Shown here one piece after another: positions 1 through 9,833 of a DNA stretch of 60,516 nt. Source of the DNA: Acidimicrobiaceae bacterium (GTDB taxonomy: Bacteria; Actinomycetota; Acidimicrobiia; Acidimicrobiales; UBA8592); assembly GCA_002712325.1 (NCBI GenBank), contig PATH01000001.1, positions 13,191 through 73,706 of the forward strand, read 5' to 3'. Every line of letters starts with the position of its first letter. Within the stretch, counting starts at the first letter, position 1. The translations under genes and the position numbers were made by a program. Below the pieces are notes generated by a model. That model was not told the origin of the DNA and ran no database searches. It saw only the letters and a list, made by a program, of their open reading frames with translations.

Positions 1-578
1 CCGCCTTCATACGATATGTGTAGGAGGTTTGCGTCCATTGAGAAAGGTGATTCTTTTCCTCTCTTCATTTCAACCGGTATTCCGTGGTCTTTCGCATACT
101 TCATTAAGGATTCGCGTGATCCAAGGGACCACTCTCGCCATGGAGCAATGACATGAATATTAGGGTTGAGGGCATAGGCGCCTAGTTCAAAACGCACTTG
201 GTCATTGCCTTTGCCAGTTGCGCCATGACTAATGGCGTCAGCATTTGTCTCTTGAGCTATTTCAACAAGTCTCTTCGCTATCAGGGGTCGAGCGATGGAA
301 GTTCCGAGAAGATACTCCCCTTCATAAATTGCGTTTGCTCTGAACATTGGGAATACAAAATCCGCCACAAATTCCTCTTGTAAGTCTTCAATAAATATGG
401 CGCTCTCGGGAATGCCCATTGCGAGCGCCTTGGCACGAGCAGGCTCAACTTCTTCACCTTGCCCAATATCTGCTGTGAAGGTAACTACCTCGCAGTTATA
501 GGTTTCTTGCAACCATTTGAGGATAATTGATGTGTCTAATCCGCCTGAGTAAGCCAGAACTACTTTTGTGATATTCAT
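1..578 (-). CDS. argG: Argininosuccinate synthase (5' part only; runs off the window start)
   Basis: Missing from ORF track. Manual translation from ATG at 578: [43 protein letters not shown]...[16 protein letters not shown]...[20 protein letters not shown] upstream; follows argR. Confidence 0.97.
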   Translation of the reverse strand, partial: MNITKVVLAYSGGLDTSIILKWLQETYNCEVVTFTADIGQGEEVEPARAKALAMGIPESAIFIEDLQEEFVADFVFPMFRANAIYEGEYLLGTSIARPLIAKRLVEIAQETNADAISHGATGKGNDQVRFELGAYALNPNIHVIAPWREWSLGSRESLMKYAKDHGIPVEMKRGKESPFSMDANLLHISYEG

Positions 579-587
579 GATTTTCCT

Positions 588-1052
588 TTATTGCTCTAAT
601 CCCGATAGTTCTCTTAGGGATTCAGATAGGTCTTGTCCTGACCATGTGTTGCTAGCCACCACCATGACAGTATCATCACCAGCGACTGTTCCGAGTACAG
701 AGTCCAATCCTGCTCTGTCCAACGCAGAGGCTACTACATGAGCTGAACCCGGAGGTGTCCTCATCATGACTATGTTTTCTGAGACTCCGATTTCAACGAC
801 CCACTCGCCTAGGACACGTTTCAGATGGTTCTCGTGGACATGCCTCTCGCTAGGTAGTTCAGGGATTGCGTAGACCATTGCGCCGCCACTGACTCTTACC
901 ATAACTGACCCCAGGTCATCTAGGTCTCTTGATACTGTCGCTTGCGTTGCGTTTATTCCTTGATCTTTTAGGAGAGAAATTAGTTGTTCTTGAGAGCTCA
1001 CAAAGTTTTCAGCGAGTAATTGTGTTATTAAGTGTTGGCGTTGTTTTTTCAT
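588..1052 (-). CDS. argR: Arginine repressor
   Basis: TQATVSRDL winged HTH, GTVAGDDT arginine-binding motif; in arg operon. Confidence 0.97.
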   Translation of the reverse strand: MKKQRQHLITQLLAENFVSSQEQLISLLKDQGINATQATVSRDLDDLGSVMVRVSGGAMVYAIPELPSERHVHENHLKRVLGEWVVEIGVSENIVMMRTPPGSAHVVASALDRAGLDSVLGTVAGDDTVMVVASNTWSGQDLSESLRELSGLEQ

Positions 1053-1053
1053 A

Positions 1054-1950
1054 CTAAACCTCCTCGTTACTGAGAAGGAAAGCTATTGCTCCCCTAGCGG
1101 AATGCATTCTGTTCTCAGCTTGTTTCCATATTCTGCTGTATGAACTGTCAAGAACTTCTTGTGTAACTTCTTCATTTGGGTGGGCGGGTAAACAATGCAA
1201 AAAGATTGATTCGGGGTCAGCTAATGAGAGCATTTCCATTGTGACAGTGAATCCGTTGAAGTCGTTGAGTCGAGTTCTGCTTTCCTTTTCTTGACCCATT
1301 GATGTCCAGACATCTGTGTAAATTATATTTGCGCCCTCTATGGCAGTTTCAGGGTTATCGGTTTGTAGGATTTTCCTGCCTCCGGATTGAATTCTTTGAA
1401 GGCTGTCCTCCGAGAATTCGTAGCCTTTTGGCGATGCTACTCTGAATTCCATCCCTACCATGAGGGAGCCTATAGCAAGCGAGCGGGCCACATTATTTGA
1501 GTCCCCAATGTAGGCAATTTTGAGTCCTTCAAGTTGTCCAAATTCTTCTTTAATTGTCAGGAGGTCAGCTAACGCCTGAAGCGGATGAGCTTCATCTGAA
1601 AGCATGTTAATTACTGGAACTGAAGAATGTGTTGAAAGTTCAGAGACCGTTTCATGGTCAAACACTCTTGCGCCTATGAGTGCGTGGTAACAGGAAAGTG
1701 TTTTTGCGACGTCTCCGGTGCTCTCCCTTTTCCCAATCCCTACTTCATCAGGCCGAATTGTTACTGGATGTCCTCCAAGTTGCACGATTGCCATCTCCAT
1801 TGAATTGCGTGTGCGGTTTGAAGGCTTTTCAAAGAGTAAAGCGGCGCCTTTACCTAGGAGTAAATCTTCGGAGCTTTGATATGGCAGAGAAAGGACCTTA
1901 TTTAACTCTGTTGTACTGAGGTCATCGATTTCAAGAAGATGCCTAGGCAT
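1054..1950 (-). CDS. argF: Ornithine carbamoyltransferase
   Basis: FEKPSxRT, HPLQALAD, DVWTSMGQ, HCLP motifs. Confidence 0.95.
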   Translation of the reverse strand: MPRHLLEIDDLSTTELNKVLSLPYQSSEDLLLGKGAALLFEKPSNRTRNSMEMAIVQLGGHPVTIRPDEVGIGKRESTGDVAKTLSCYHALIGARVFDHETVSELSTHSSVPVINMLSDEAHPLQALADLLTIKEEFGQLEGLKIAYIGDSNNVARSLAIGSLMVGMEFRVASPKGYEFSEDSLQRIQSGGRKILQTDNPETAIEGANIIYTDVWTSMGQEKESRTRLNDFNGFTVTMEMLSLADPESIFLHCLPAHPNEEVTQEVLDSSYSRIWKQAENRMHSARGAIAFLLSNEEV

Positions 1951-3163
1951 TGAGTATTCCTTTCAATATTTGTATTCCCTCTTGTATCTGATGTTCAGAT
2001 GTTGTGAGCGGTGGTGTTAGTCGTAAAGCCGTTGGAGTAATAGGATTGATTAGTAAACCGTTCATAGATGCCTTTGCAGCTACTTCTTTACTGATTGCTT
2101 TGTCGAGCTCAATTGCAAGCATTGCGCCGTTCCCACGTATAGAAACCACTTGTGGCAATTCTGCCATGCTTGTTCGGATCTGCTCTTCAATTAACTGAGC
2201 CATCTTGTTGCAGTTGTCTCTCTTCATGATTTCAAGGACTTTACGCGCCACAGCTGTTCCTAGAGGATTACCTCCGTAAGTGCTTCCATGATCGCCTGCT
2301 TCAAATGATGCGGCTAATTCTCGCTTCACCCAAACTGCTCCGATTGGAAAACCGTTTCCTAGTGCTTTCGCTATGCAGACGACGTCCGGGTTCAAGCCAT
2401 GGTGTTGGAATGCGAACCACTCCCCTGTCCTACATAAACCGCTTTGAACTTCATCAACCATAAATAACAAACCACGATCTCTGGATAGTTCTTGTGCCTT
2501 TAGTAGATAGTCAGAAGTATGCGGCCAGACTCCCCCTTCACCGAGGATTGGTTCTAGGTGAATGGCTGCAGTGGTTTCGTCTATAGCATCATTGAGAGCT
2601 TCGATATCCCCTCTCTCTATGTTTTTAAAGCCTTGGGGCATAGGAGCAAATGGTTCATGTTTATGGGGCTGACCGCAAGCTGCGAGAGCTGCGAGAGTCC
2701 TTCCGTGAAAGGAGTCATTTGCAGTTATGACTGTATATTTGCTCTTTGATGTTGCTTTCCGAGCAATCTTAAAGGCGAGTTCATTGGCTTCCGCTCCCGA
2801 ATTACAAAAGAAAACTTGCCCTATCGGGTTATATGGACTGGAACTCGGATCATTGATATTTCCTGTTACAGCTTTATCAATTTCTACGGCAACGTGATGT
2901 GCATGCTCAGTTGCCCAATAGTTAGAAACCTGCGTTAATTTACCGGCTTGTTCCCCTATTACCTCTGCAATCTCGGGGTTGGCATGACCTAATGATTGGA
3001 CTGCTAATCCACCGACAAAATCTAAGTAACGTTTGCCTTCACTGTCCCACAGTTCAGTACCTTCTCCTCGTATGAACATGATGTTCGGCGCGGCGTAGGT
3101 TGGCATGATAGGACAATTTTGCAACTCTCCATTCACTCCCATATTTTCAGCATGTGACGACAT
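1943..3163 (-). CDS. argD: Acetylornithine aminotransferase (class III PLP)
   Basis: NSGAEANE, FHGRT, DEVQSG, AKALGNG motifs; arg operon context. Confidence 0.93.
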   Translation of the reverse strand: MSSHAENMGVNGELQNCPIMPTYAAPNIMFIRGEGTELWDSEGKRYLDFVGGLAVQSLGHANPEIAEVIGEQAGKLTQVSNYWATEHAHHVAVEIDKAVTGNINDPSSSPYNPIGQVFFCNSGAEANELAFKIARKATSKSKYTVITANDSFHGRTLAALAACGQPHKHEPFAPMPQGFKNIERGDIEALNDAIDETTAAIHLEPILGEGGVWPHTSDYLLKAQELSRDRGLLFMVDEVQSGLCRTGEWFAFQHHGLNPDVVCIAKALGNGFPIGAVWVKRELAASFEAGDHGSTYGGNPLGTAVARKVLEIMKRDNCNKMAQLIEEQIRTSMAELPQVVSIRGNGAMLAIELDKAISKEVAAKASMNGLLINPITPTALRLTPPLTTSEHQIQEGIQILKGILNA

Positions 3164-4042
3164 CTATTCCTCCTCAACAATCATTGTTCCAATTCCTTCA
3201 TCTGTGAAAAGTTCGAGAAGAACGACATGGGGTATCCTGCCATCAAGCAGGTGGGCGCTCTCTACTCCTTGCCTTAGAGCATCAATACAGGAATTCACTT
3301 TAGGTATCATCCCGTCGGATATACCCTTTGAAACGACCATTTCACTGACCTTTGATGTTGTGATACTAGAAATTAGAGTATCAACATCGCCCTTGTCGAA
3401 AAGAAGTCCCGGAACGTCTGAGAGATATATGACCTTTTGGACTTTCATTGCGCCGGCTAGAGCGCCTGCTGCCGTATCAGCGTTTATGTTATAACTTTGG
3501 CCTTCATCATCAATTCCAAGTGTCGATATGACAGGGATTTCGCCAGCTTCAATGACCATCCGAAGTGAGTGAGGGGCGATATCAGTTACTTGTCCCACGA
3601 AACCCAATTCATGATTTATAGAAGTTGCTGAGATCAACTTCGCGTTCTCGCCGCTTAAACTAATTGCTGGCCCGCCTAGTGATGTTATGGCTTCAACTAT
3701 TTTTCTTCCGACTTGGTCTTTAAGGACTTTGCTTACGATTTCCAAGGTTTCTTGATCTGTCACACGTAGGCCGTCAATGAAACTGGTTTCTTTACCTGCA
3801 ATTTTTAATTCTTCTCCTATTTGAGGACCTCCGCCATGGACAATGATTGGCTTTATCCCAACTGAATGAAGCAAAACAACATCTTCGGCTAGACGGTCAA
3901 ATAAAGTTTGATCTACGAGGGTACTTCCACCTATTTTGATGAGTATTACTCTTTCGGAGAAACGCTGTATGTATGGCAGAGCCTCTATGAGGATTTGCGC
4001 ACGATCAGCCGGAAGGTAATCTTTAATTTCTAGTTCGTTCAT
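3164..4042 (-). CDS. argB: Acetylglutamate kinase
   Basis: IKIGGS, VHGGGPQI, NINADTAA, GMIPKV. Start trimmed to ATG at 4042 (MNELEIK), just after the argJ stop. Confidence 0.96.
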   Translation of the reverse strand: MNELEIKDYLPADRAQILIEALPYIQRFSERVILIKIGGSTLVDQTLFDRLAEDVVLLHSVGIKPIIVHGGGPQIGEELKIAGKETSFIDGLRVTDQETLEIVSKVLKDQVGRKIVEAITSLGGPAISLSGENAKLISATSINHELGFVGQVTDIAPHSLRMVIEAGEIPVISTLGIDDEGQSYNINADTAAGALAGAMKVQKVIYLSDVPGLLFDKGDVDTLISSITTSKVSEMVVSKGISDGMIPKVNSCIDALRQGVESAHLLDGRIPHVVLLELFTDEGIGTMIVEEE

Positions 4043-4049
4043 GACATCC

Positions 4050-5264
4050 CTACGATCTGTAACCAGCATTAATTTCGATATACCGCTCTGTTAGGTCACA
4101 TGTCCACACAGTTGCCTGACAGTTCCCCACCCCGATATCAGCACGAATTTTTATGTTATCTTTGCGTAGATGCTGTGTAGCTTTCTTCTCGCTGTAGGAA
4201 GGATTTTGTTGCCCATTCTTAGCTACAAGCTCGCTCCCAATCCAAATACGGAGTAGGTCCCTATTCGCTTTTTCCCCTGATTTACCAATTGCCATGACGA
4301 TACGTCCCCAGTTGGCGTCTTCAGCCGCTATCGCTGTCTTCACCAGCGGTGAGTTCGCTATGCTCATTGCAATTTTTTTTGCAGCTTGGTCTGTATCAGC
4401 TCCGGTGACTTCTATCTCAACGAACTTTGTAGCTCCTTCACCATCTTTCACAATTTGGTGTGCTAGGTCTTTGAACACAAGTTGGACTGCTGCTTCGAAT
4501 GCTTCGGAGTTTTCGTCCCAATCGTATTGAGATTTACCGGTTGCGAAAACCAAAACGGAGTCACTGGTTGATGTGTCTGAATCAACTGTTATGGAGTTGA
4601 AACTGTCGTTTGTGGCCTCTTGGACTACTTTCTGTAAATTATCCTGACTTATGTTGATGTCCGTGAAAATGAAAGCAAGCATAGTTGCCATATCAGGAGC
4701 AATCATTCCGCTTCCTTTAGCTATACCAACGACAACTGCATCCGTTCCTTTAATCTTGGCTGTTGATCCTTTGGGGAAAGTGTCTGTTGTAGTGATTGCT
4801 TCGGCAGCTTGCTTCCAAGAAGCTGATCCAGACGCTTCAAGACTTTCACTCATTTGATCAAAATGTTTCGTTAGTTCAATGGGTTCAAAAACTTCACCTA
4901 TTACACCCGTCGACGCTAGGTAGATATGGTCTTTGGGGATTGAGAGGATACTAGCGATTGCTTTTGCTGACTCATTGGCTATTTGTTCGCCTTTGGCCCC
5001 CGTAAATGCGTTTGCGTTACCGGAGTTGCAAATCAGTGCTCTTCCATATCCGTATTGGAGATTTTCTTTGCACCAGTCGACAGGTGCCGATGCGCAAAGT
5101 GATTTTGTGAAAACTCCTGCTACTCGTGTTTCGTCTTCCATGGTGATTAGGCATAAATCATCCCTATTTTCGTATCGCATACCGCTGTGCGCTGTTGCGA
5201 TACGAATGCCTGGAACATTGGGCATATCAGGGAAATCTTTTGGAGCGAGGGGTGAGATAGTCAT
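4050..5264 (-). CDS. argJ: Ornithine acetyltransferase / N-acetylglutamate synthase ArgJ
   Basis: TTDTFPK, KGSGMIAPDMATML autocleavage site, DGEGATK, NWGR, C-terminal INAGYRS. Confidence 0.97.
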   Translation of the reverse strand: MTISPLAPKDFPDMPNVPGIRIATAHSGMRYENRDDLCLITMEDETRVAGVFTKSLCASAPVDWCKENLQYGYGRALICNSGNANAFTGAKGEQIANESAKAIASILSIPKDHIYLASTGVIGEVFEPIELTKHFDQMSESLEASGSASWKQAAEAITTTDTFPKGSTAKIKGTDAVVVGIAKGSGMIAPDMATMLAFIFTDINISQDNLQKVVQEATNDSFNSITVDSDTSTSDSVLVFATGKSQYDWDENSEAFEAAVQLVFKDLAHQIVKDGEGATKFVEIEVTGADTDQAAKKIAMSIANSPLVKTAIAAEDANWGRIVMAIGKSGEKANRDLLRIWIGSELVAKNGQQNPSYSEKKATQHLRKDNIKIRADIGVGNCQATVWTCDLTERYIEINAGYRS

Positions 5265-5268
5265 CGTC

Positions 5269-6303
5269 TTATGGGTATAGTCCAGCTATCGGAAGCCCTA
5301 GTGTCTCTTCAATTCCCATTGCTATATTGGCATTTTGGATGGCCATACCTGAAGCTCCTTTCACTAGGTTGTCCAGAGTAACGATAGAGATTAATGTTTG
5401 AGTTCTCTCATCGACTCGAGCAGTGATGTGCACAGTATTAGATCCCAGCGTTGCTTTTGTTGAGGGAGGATTTTCTGATACGTAGATAAACGGTTCATGC
5501 CCATAAGCTTCATTTAGGACTTCTAGTGCTTTTTGAGTTGTTAGGGGAGCTTCAATCTTTCCATAAGATGTAGCGATAATGCCTCTATTCATAGGCGCAA
5601 GGTGAGGTGTGAAAAGCACTTTCGTTTCTATAGCACTGAAGGTAGATAGCGCTTGTTCTATCTCTGGTGTATGTCTATGAGTTAGTAAGCCGTAGGGTGT
5701 CACATTCTCATCGACTGCGCAGAAGGTAGTGTTGTCTTTCGGCGGTTTACCTGCACCACTTACTCCAGTAATTAGATTTATGACGATTGATGTACTGTCT
5801 ATAATTTTTTCTTTAACAAAGGGGGCTAGCGAGAGGATTGAGGCAGCCGCATTACACCCGGTGGCTGCTATGAGCTTTCCTCCCCTAATCTCATCTCGGA
5901 ATAGTTCCGGTAGGCCGTATACAGAGTTGGCAAGGTATTCAGGGCATTCATGGTCCATTGAATACCAGTCAACATATGCTTGGGGGTCCTTTAAACGAAA
6001 ATCTGAACCAAGATCGATTACATGCCCTACGTTATTAAGGATCTTTGGGACAATGCTTTGACTTATTCCGTGTGGTAAGGCACAGAAGACAGCGTCTAGA
6101 CCATCCATAAACTCGGGTTTCATAGCTTGGTATGAAAGGTTCGGATATGCCACGGCAAGGCTTGGGTAAAGCTCATGAACCATGTGGCCGGCCTTGCTGT
6201 CTCCCGTGACTACCTTTACCTCAAAGTCTGGGTGAGCAGTGAGGAGTCGCAATAATTCCGCGCCTGTGTATCCAGAAGCGCCTAATATTCCTATTTGTTT
6301 CAT
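5269..6303 (-). CDS. argC: N-acetyl-gamma-glutamyl-phosphate reductase
   Basis: GASGYTG Rossmann motif, YGLPEL, GVSGAG, HRHTPEI, DNLVKGASG. Confidence 0.97.
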   Translation of the reverse strand: MKQIGILGASGYTGAELLRLLTAHPDFEVKVVTGDSKAGHMVHELYPSLAVAYPNLSYQAMKPEFMDGLDAVFCALPHGISQSIVPKILNNVGHVIDLGSDFRLKDPQAYVDWYSMDHECPEYLANSVYGLPELFRDEIRGGKLIAATGCNAAASILSLAPFVKEKIIDSTSIVINLITGVSGAGKPPKDNTTFCAVDENVTPYGLLTHRHTPEIEQALSTFSAIETKVLFTPHLAPMNRGIIATSYGKIEAPLTTQKALEVLNEAYGHEPFIYVSENPPSTKATLGSNTVHITARVDERTQTLISIVTLDNLVKGASGMAIQNANIAMGIEETLGLPIAGLYP

Positions 6304-6322
6304 AGAACCATACTATACGTAT

Positions 6323-6360
6323 TTATGCATATTTATGCACAGATATGCATATTTATTCAC
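6323..6360 (-). promoter_or_regulatory. Tandem ARG boxes (ArgR operator) upstream of argC
   Basis: Minus strand GTGAATAAATATGCATAT-ct-GTGCATAAATATGCATAA: two imperfect palindromes at 20-bp period matching the TG(A/C)AT-A/T-rich-ATGCA ARG-box pattern, just upstream of the argC -10 (TAGTAT). Confidence 0.88.
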
Positions 6361-8758
6361 GTAGCCTTGCGTCAGTCTTCTTTTGGACTTCTTCGATACA
6401 GGCTGCACGTAATTCGCTGACCTCACCATCTGTAAGCGTCCCATCGTTTGATTGGAAACGGAGATTATATGCGAGGCTACGGACCTCCCCGTTCCCGTCT
6501 TCTGCTTTGTATGAGTCAAATAACTCGAGCTCCTTTAAGTATGCGCCGCCAGCCTTCCTTAAACATCCCTCTATAGACGCAGATGAAGTATTTACTGGAA
6601 CCTCAAATGCTAAATCTATGTCGCTCGATGGGTATTTTGAGACGCTTTTGTATTTTTTCTTTCCGAACGAACCCGTGAGAATTGATCCTAGATCTAACTC
6701 AAGCCATGCGACTGGACCATCAATGCCATAGTTTCTGAGCACTCTTGGATCCACTTCCCCTACTGTTCCACTGCTTTGACCTGCAACGTAAACTTGTGCT
6801 GAACGAGCAGGATGCAATCCATCTATTTCTTGTTGTTTTAGTTGCATGTTCGGGAATGCCATCGACGAACTTATTAGGTCAAGAATCGCAACAATTTCGG
6901 TTGCATTACCTCCAGTAATGGAGATGGACAAATATTCCCTCTCGTCAGGTAAAATCTGATCCACTTCACTTGGGAGATACACATGCCCTATTTCAAAAAA
7001 TTTAAGTTTTTTGACTCTGTGTGATTGATTATATGAAATTATTTTAAGTTGACCTGGCAAAAGCGAAGTCCTCAGGAGTGATTCTTCCTGAACAAGGGGA
7101 TTTGAAATTGAGATTGCAGTATTTGGGAGTCCTGCGTTTTGTAGATCTCCGGGCGCAAGGAACGGCATCGGCATCGTTTCATCGCAGCCTGCTCCAATAA
7201 GTATTTCTCTCACCGTTCTTCTTCCCTTTTGGAAACGGCTCAACTGCCCTGTAAATGGACCACGTGGAATAGTTCTTTCTATCCTTTCATACCCAAATGT
7301 TCGGGCTATTTCTTCAGCCAGGTCCGTCTCGGTTTGAGTGTCCCATCTCCATGAAGGCACAATCACTTCAAAACCCTCTTGGTAAGGCGTTTCATTACCC
7401 CCTTCAGTCGTTGCTTCCTTAGATTCGAAACCAATAGATCTAAGCAAATCCATCATTTCCTGATTAGTAAGCGACGTGCCGAGAAGTCCATTTACTCTTT
7501 CTTTAGATACACGGACAGGGCTTGCGTTAGGGAGATTTCCATCCGCTTGTATAAGTTCCAACATCTCTGGTTCACATGTTTCACTGAGAAGTTGCACCAC
7601 TCTATTAAGTGATCGATCCATGTTTATTCCATAATCCGCTCCCCTTCGAAAGCGCATTGATGCTTCACTCATAAGATTTAGATTCTTCACGCTTCGAGAG
7701 ATTGATGGAGGGTCCCACCAAGCTACTTCAATAATTATCTCCGTCGTTGACTCAGAAATCTCGCTGGACGCCCCGCCCATGATTCCGGCTATCCCTATAG
7801 GGTTATCATCTCCATCAACAATCACACCATCGATTTCAGACAGAGTGCGCTCAACATCGTCAAGTGTCACTATACTTTCGCCAGCTTTTGCTCGACGAGT
7901 ACCTAAACGGCTCCCGTTCACTTTTTTAAGGTCATATGTATGGTTTGGCTGACCCAATTCCAACATCACATAATTTGAGATATCTACGACATTGTTTATG
8001 GGTCTCATTCCAAGGTGTATGAGCCTATTCTGAAGCCATTGCGGTGAGGGGCCTACAGTTATTCCCTTCACAACGCAGGCTAAGAATTTGCCGCATAACG
8101 TTGGGTCGTGAATATCGATTTGGATGCCAGCCCCAGGCACTACTTGCGGTTTTTGGTCCCTGTCCATAGGGAATTCAAAAGGAATTTCCAGAGATGCGGC
8201 TAAATCTCTGGCAACTCCTGAAATACTCATCGCATCTGGCCGATTAGCATTAACCTCAAGATCCCAAAGAATGTCAGATTCTAAACCCAAAGCACCCGAT
8301 AGCGAACTACCTATAACCCATTCGCGATCCGGATCATTTTCGGACAATATCATGATTCCGTCGCTGTCATCACCCAAACCAATCTCGCTTGCAGAGCAAC
8401 ACATTCCGTTGGATACCTCTCCACGCAATTTCCGCTGAGCTATCTCCATTCCGTCAGGCAGAGTACTCCCCACAGTCGCTACAGGAATAACGTCCCCAAC
8501 TTGCATGTTAAATGCTCCACAGCAAATCTGAGTTGCCTCTCCGTCACCTAAATCTACATCAACGAGTTGAATGCGCTCAGCGTTTGGATGTGGACGCAAA
8601 TCCAGAACTTTTCCGACAACAACTCCTGGAAGCTCGCTTCCCACAATTTCGGTAGATTCCACTGCCAAACCCAAAGCACTGAGTTTCTCCCCAATCTTCT
8701 CATGATCATGATTTAGATCGGGAATGAATTCCTTTAGCCAAGACAATAAAACTTTCAT
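6353..8758 (-). CDS. pheT: Phenylalanine--tRNA ligase beta subunit
   Basis: HPNAERI tRNA-binding OB fold, NRPDAMS, DLAEEIAR, C-terminal FDX-ACB domain; 801 aa. Confidence 0.97.
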   Translation of the reverse strand: MKVLLSWLKEFIPDLNHDHEKIGEKLSALGLAVESTEIVGSELPGVVVGKVLDLRPHPNAERIQLVDVDLGDGEATQICCGAFNMQVGDVIPVATVGSTLPDGMEIAQRKLRGEVSNGMCCSASEIGLGDDSDGIMILSENDPDREWVIGSSLSGALGLESDILWDLEVNANRPDAMSISGVARDLAASLEIPFEFPMDRDQKPQVVPGAGIQIDIHDPTLCGKFLACVVKGITVGPSPQWLQNRLIHLGMRPINNVVDISNYVMLELGQPNHTYDLKKVNGSRLGTRRAKAGESIVTLDDVERTLSEIDGVIVDGDDNPIGIAGIMGGASSEISESTTEIIIEVAWWDPPSISRSVKNLNLMSEASMRFRRGADYGINMDRSLNRVVQLLSETCEPEMLELIQADGNLPNASPVRVSKERVNGLLGTSLTNQEMMDLLRSIGFESKEATTEGGNETPYQEGFEVIVPSWRWDTQTETDLAEEIARTFGYERIERTIPRGPFTGQLSRFQKGRRTVREILIGAGCDETMPMPFLAPGDLQNAGLPNTAISISNPLVQEESLLRTSLLPGQLKIISYNQSHRVKKLKFFEIGHVYLPSEVDQILPDEREYLSISITGGNATEIVAILDLISSSMAFPNMQLKQQEIDGLHPARSAQVYVAGQSSGTVGEVDPRVLRNYGIDGPVAWLELDLGSILTGSFGKKKYKSVSKYPSSDIDLAFEVPVNTSSASIEGCLRKAGGAYLKELELFDSYKAEDGNGEVRSLAYNLRFQSNDGTLTDGEVSELRAACIEEVQKKTDARLRE

Positions 8759-8765
8759 TTTGCTC

Positions 8766-9761
8766 CTAGAACTGCCTCAGAAAACGGGCATCATTAACAA
8801 CTAGTTCTCGAATATCATCGAGTTGGTATCTCATTGAGACAAGCCGGTCAATACCAAAGCCGAAAGCGAACCCTTGCCAAACTTCAGGGTCTATGTTGCA
8901 ATTTCGTAAGACATTAGGGTGAACCATGCCACATCCGCCTAGCTCTAGCCATGAACCATCAGCTCTTGATATATCAAATTCTGCAGATGGTTCAGTAAAT
9001 GGAAAGTAACTTGGGCGCAAGCGAGATTTTACTTCTTCTCCGAAAAAAGCATGGACAAAAGAATCAATGGTCCCGGCTAAGTCTCCCATCGTTATTCCCT
9101 TATCGATTACGAGACCTTCTATCTGGTTGAATGCAGGTAGATGCGTGGCATCAGCACTATCCGTCCGGAAGGTTCTGCCGGGAGCAACGATATATATCGG
9201 AGGTTCCTGCTTCTCCATTGTCCTAATCTGTACTGGAGATGTATGCGAACGCAGCATCACTTCTTCAGGTTCTCCTAGGTCAACGAATATTGTGTCAAAG
9301 TTGCCCCGTGCGGGATGCCAGTCTGGGATGTTCAGCGCTTCGAAGTTGTACCAGGCTGTCTCCACTTCGGGCCCTTCCGCTACCGAATACCCCATCCCGA
9401 TAAAGACGTCCTCGAGTTCGTCGCGCGCTTGCGTAATAAGATGAAGATGGCCACGATTGATTGGACTCAGTTTTTCTGTAAGGTCCATTGTCTCTTTGTC
9501 GAATTTGCTATTCCATTCAGATTCCTGAAGCACTGTCTTTCTATCTGAAATTAATTGATCAATTTGGTCTTTGAGTTCGTTTAGCTCCTTGCCAGCGCTC
9601 GCTCTGTCTTCAGCGGGCAAGGTTCCTAGTTTCTTCTTAGCCCCGACAAGTTTTGATTTCTTTCCTAAGAATTTCGCTTGAACCTTAGAGAGTTCTTCAA
9701 TTGTTGACGCCTCATTAGAAGCTTCTTCTGCTTCAGTTGCTAAATCGTCTAAATCAAACAT
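8766..9761 (-). CDS. pheS: Phenylalanine--tRNA ligase alpha subunit
   Basis: LRSHTSPVQ, FPFTEPSAE, GFAFGFGIDR. Start at ATG 9761 chosen for its GAGGA SD (track start 9782). Confidence 0.97.
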   Translation of the reverse strand: MFDLDDLATEAEEASNEASTIEELSKVQAKFLGKKSKLVGAKKKLGTLPAEDRASAGKELNELKDQIDQLISDRKTVLQESEWNSKFDKETMDLTEKLSPINRGHLHLITQARDELEDVFIGMGYSVAEGPEVETAWYNFEALNIPDWHPARGNFDTIFVDLGEPEEVMLRSHTSPVQIRTMEKQEPPIYIVAPGRTFRTDSADATHLPAFNQIEGLVIDKGITMGDLAGTIDSFVHAFFGEEVKSRLRPSYFPFTEPSAEFDISRADGSWLELGGCGMVHPNVLRNCNIDPEVWQGFAFGFGIDRLVSMRYQLDDIRELVVNDARFLRQF

Positions 9762-9833
9762 CCAATTATTCCTCTGTTCCATTCTCGCAGGTGTTGACGG
9801 TCTGGTTGTGGGATTTTCCGAAATAGTTTGCTT

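Noticed and set aside
198-466. Short ORFs 198..383 (+) and 281..466 (-)
   Set aside because: Shadow frames of the partial argG gene, which the ORF track missed.
6321-6360. ATTTATGCAT-like short direct repeats as a possible CRISPR or tandem repeat
   Set aside because: Only about 40 bp with no spacers; fully explained as tandem ARG boxes.
6313-6731. ORFs 6313..6519 (-) and 6345..6731 (+)
   Set aside because: Alternate or antisense frames over the pheT 3' end and the ARG boxes; no recognisable protein features.
9762-9833. Possible T-box leader upstream of pheS
   Set aside because: Too short, with no T-box sequence or terminator visible.
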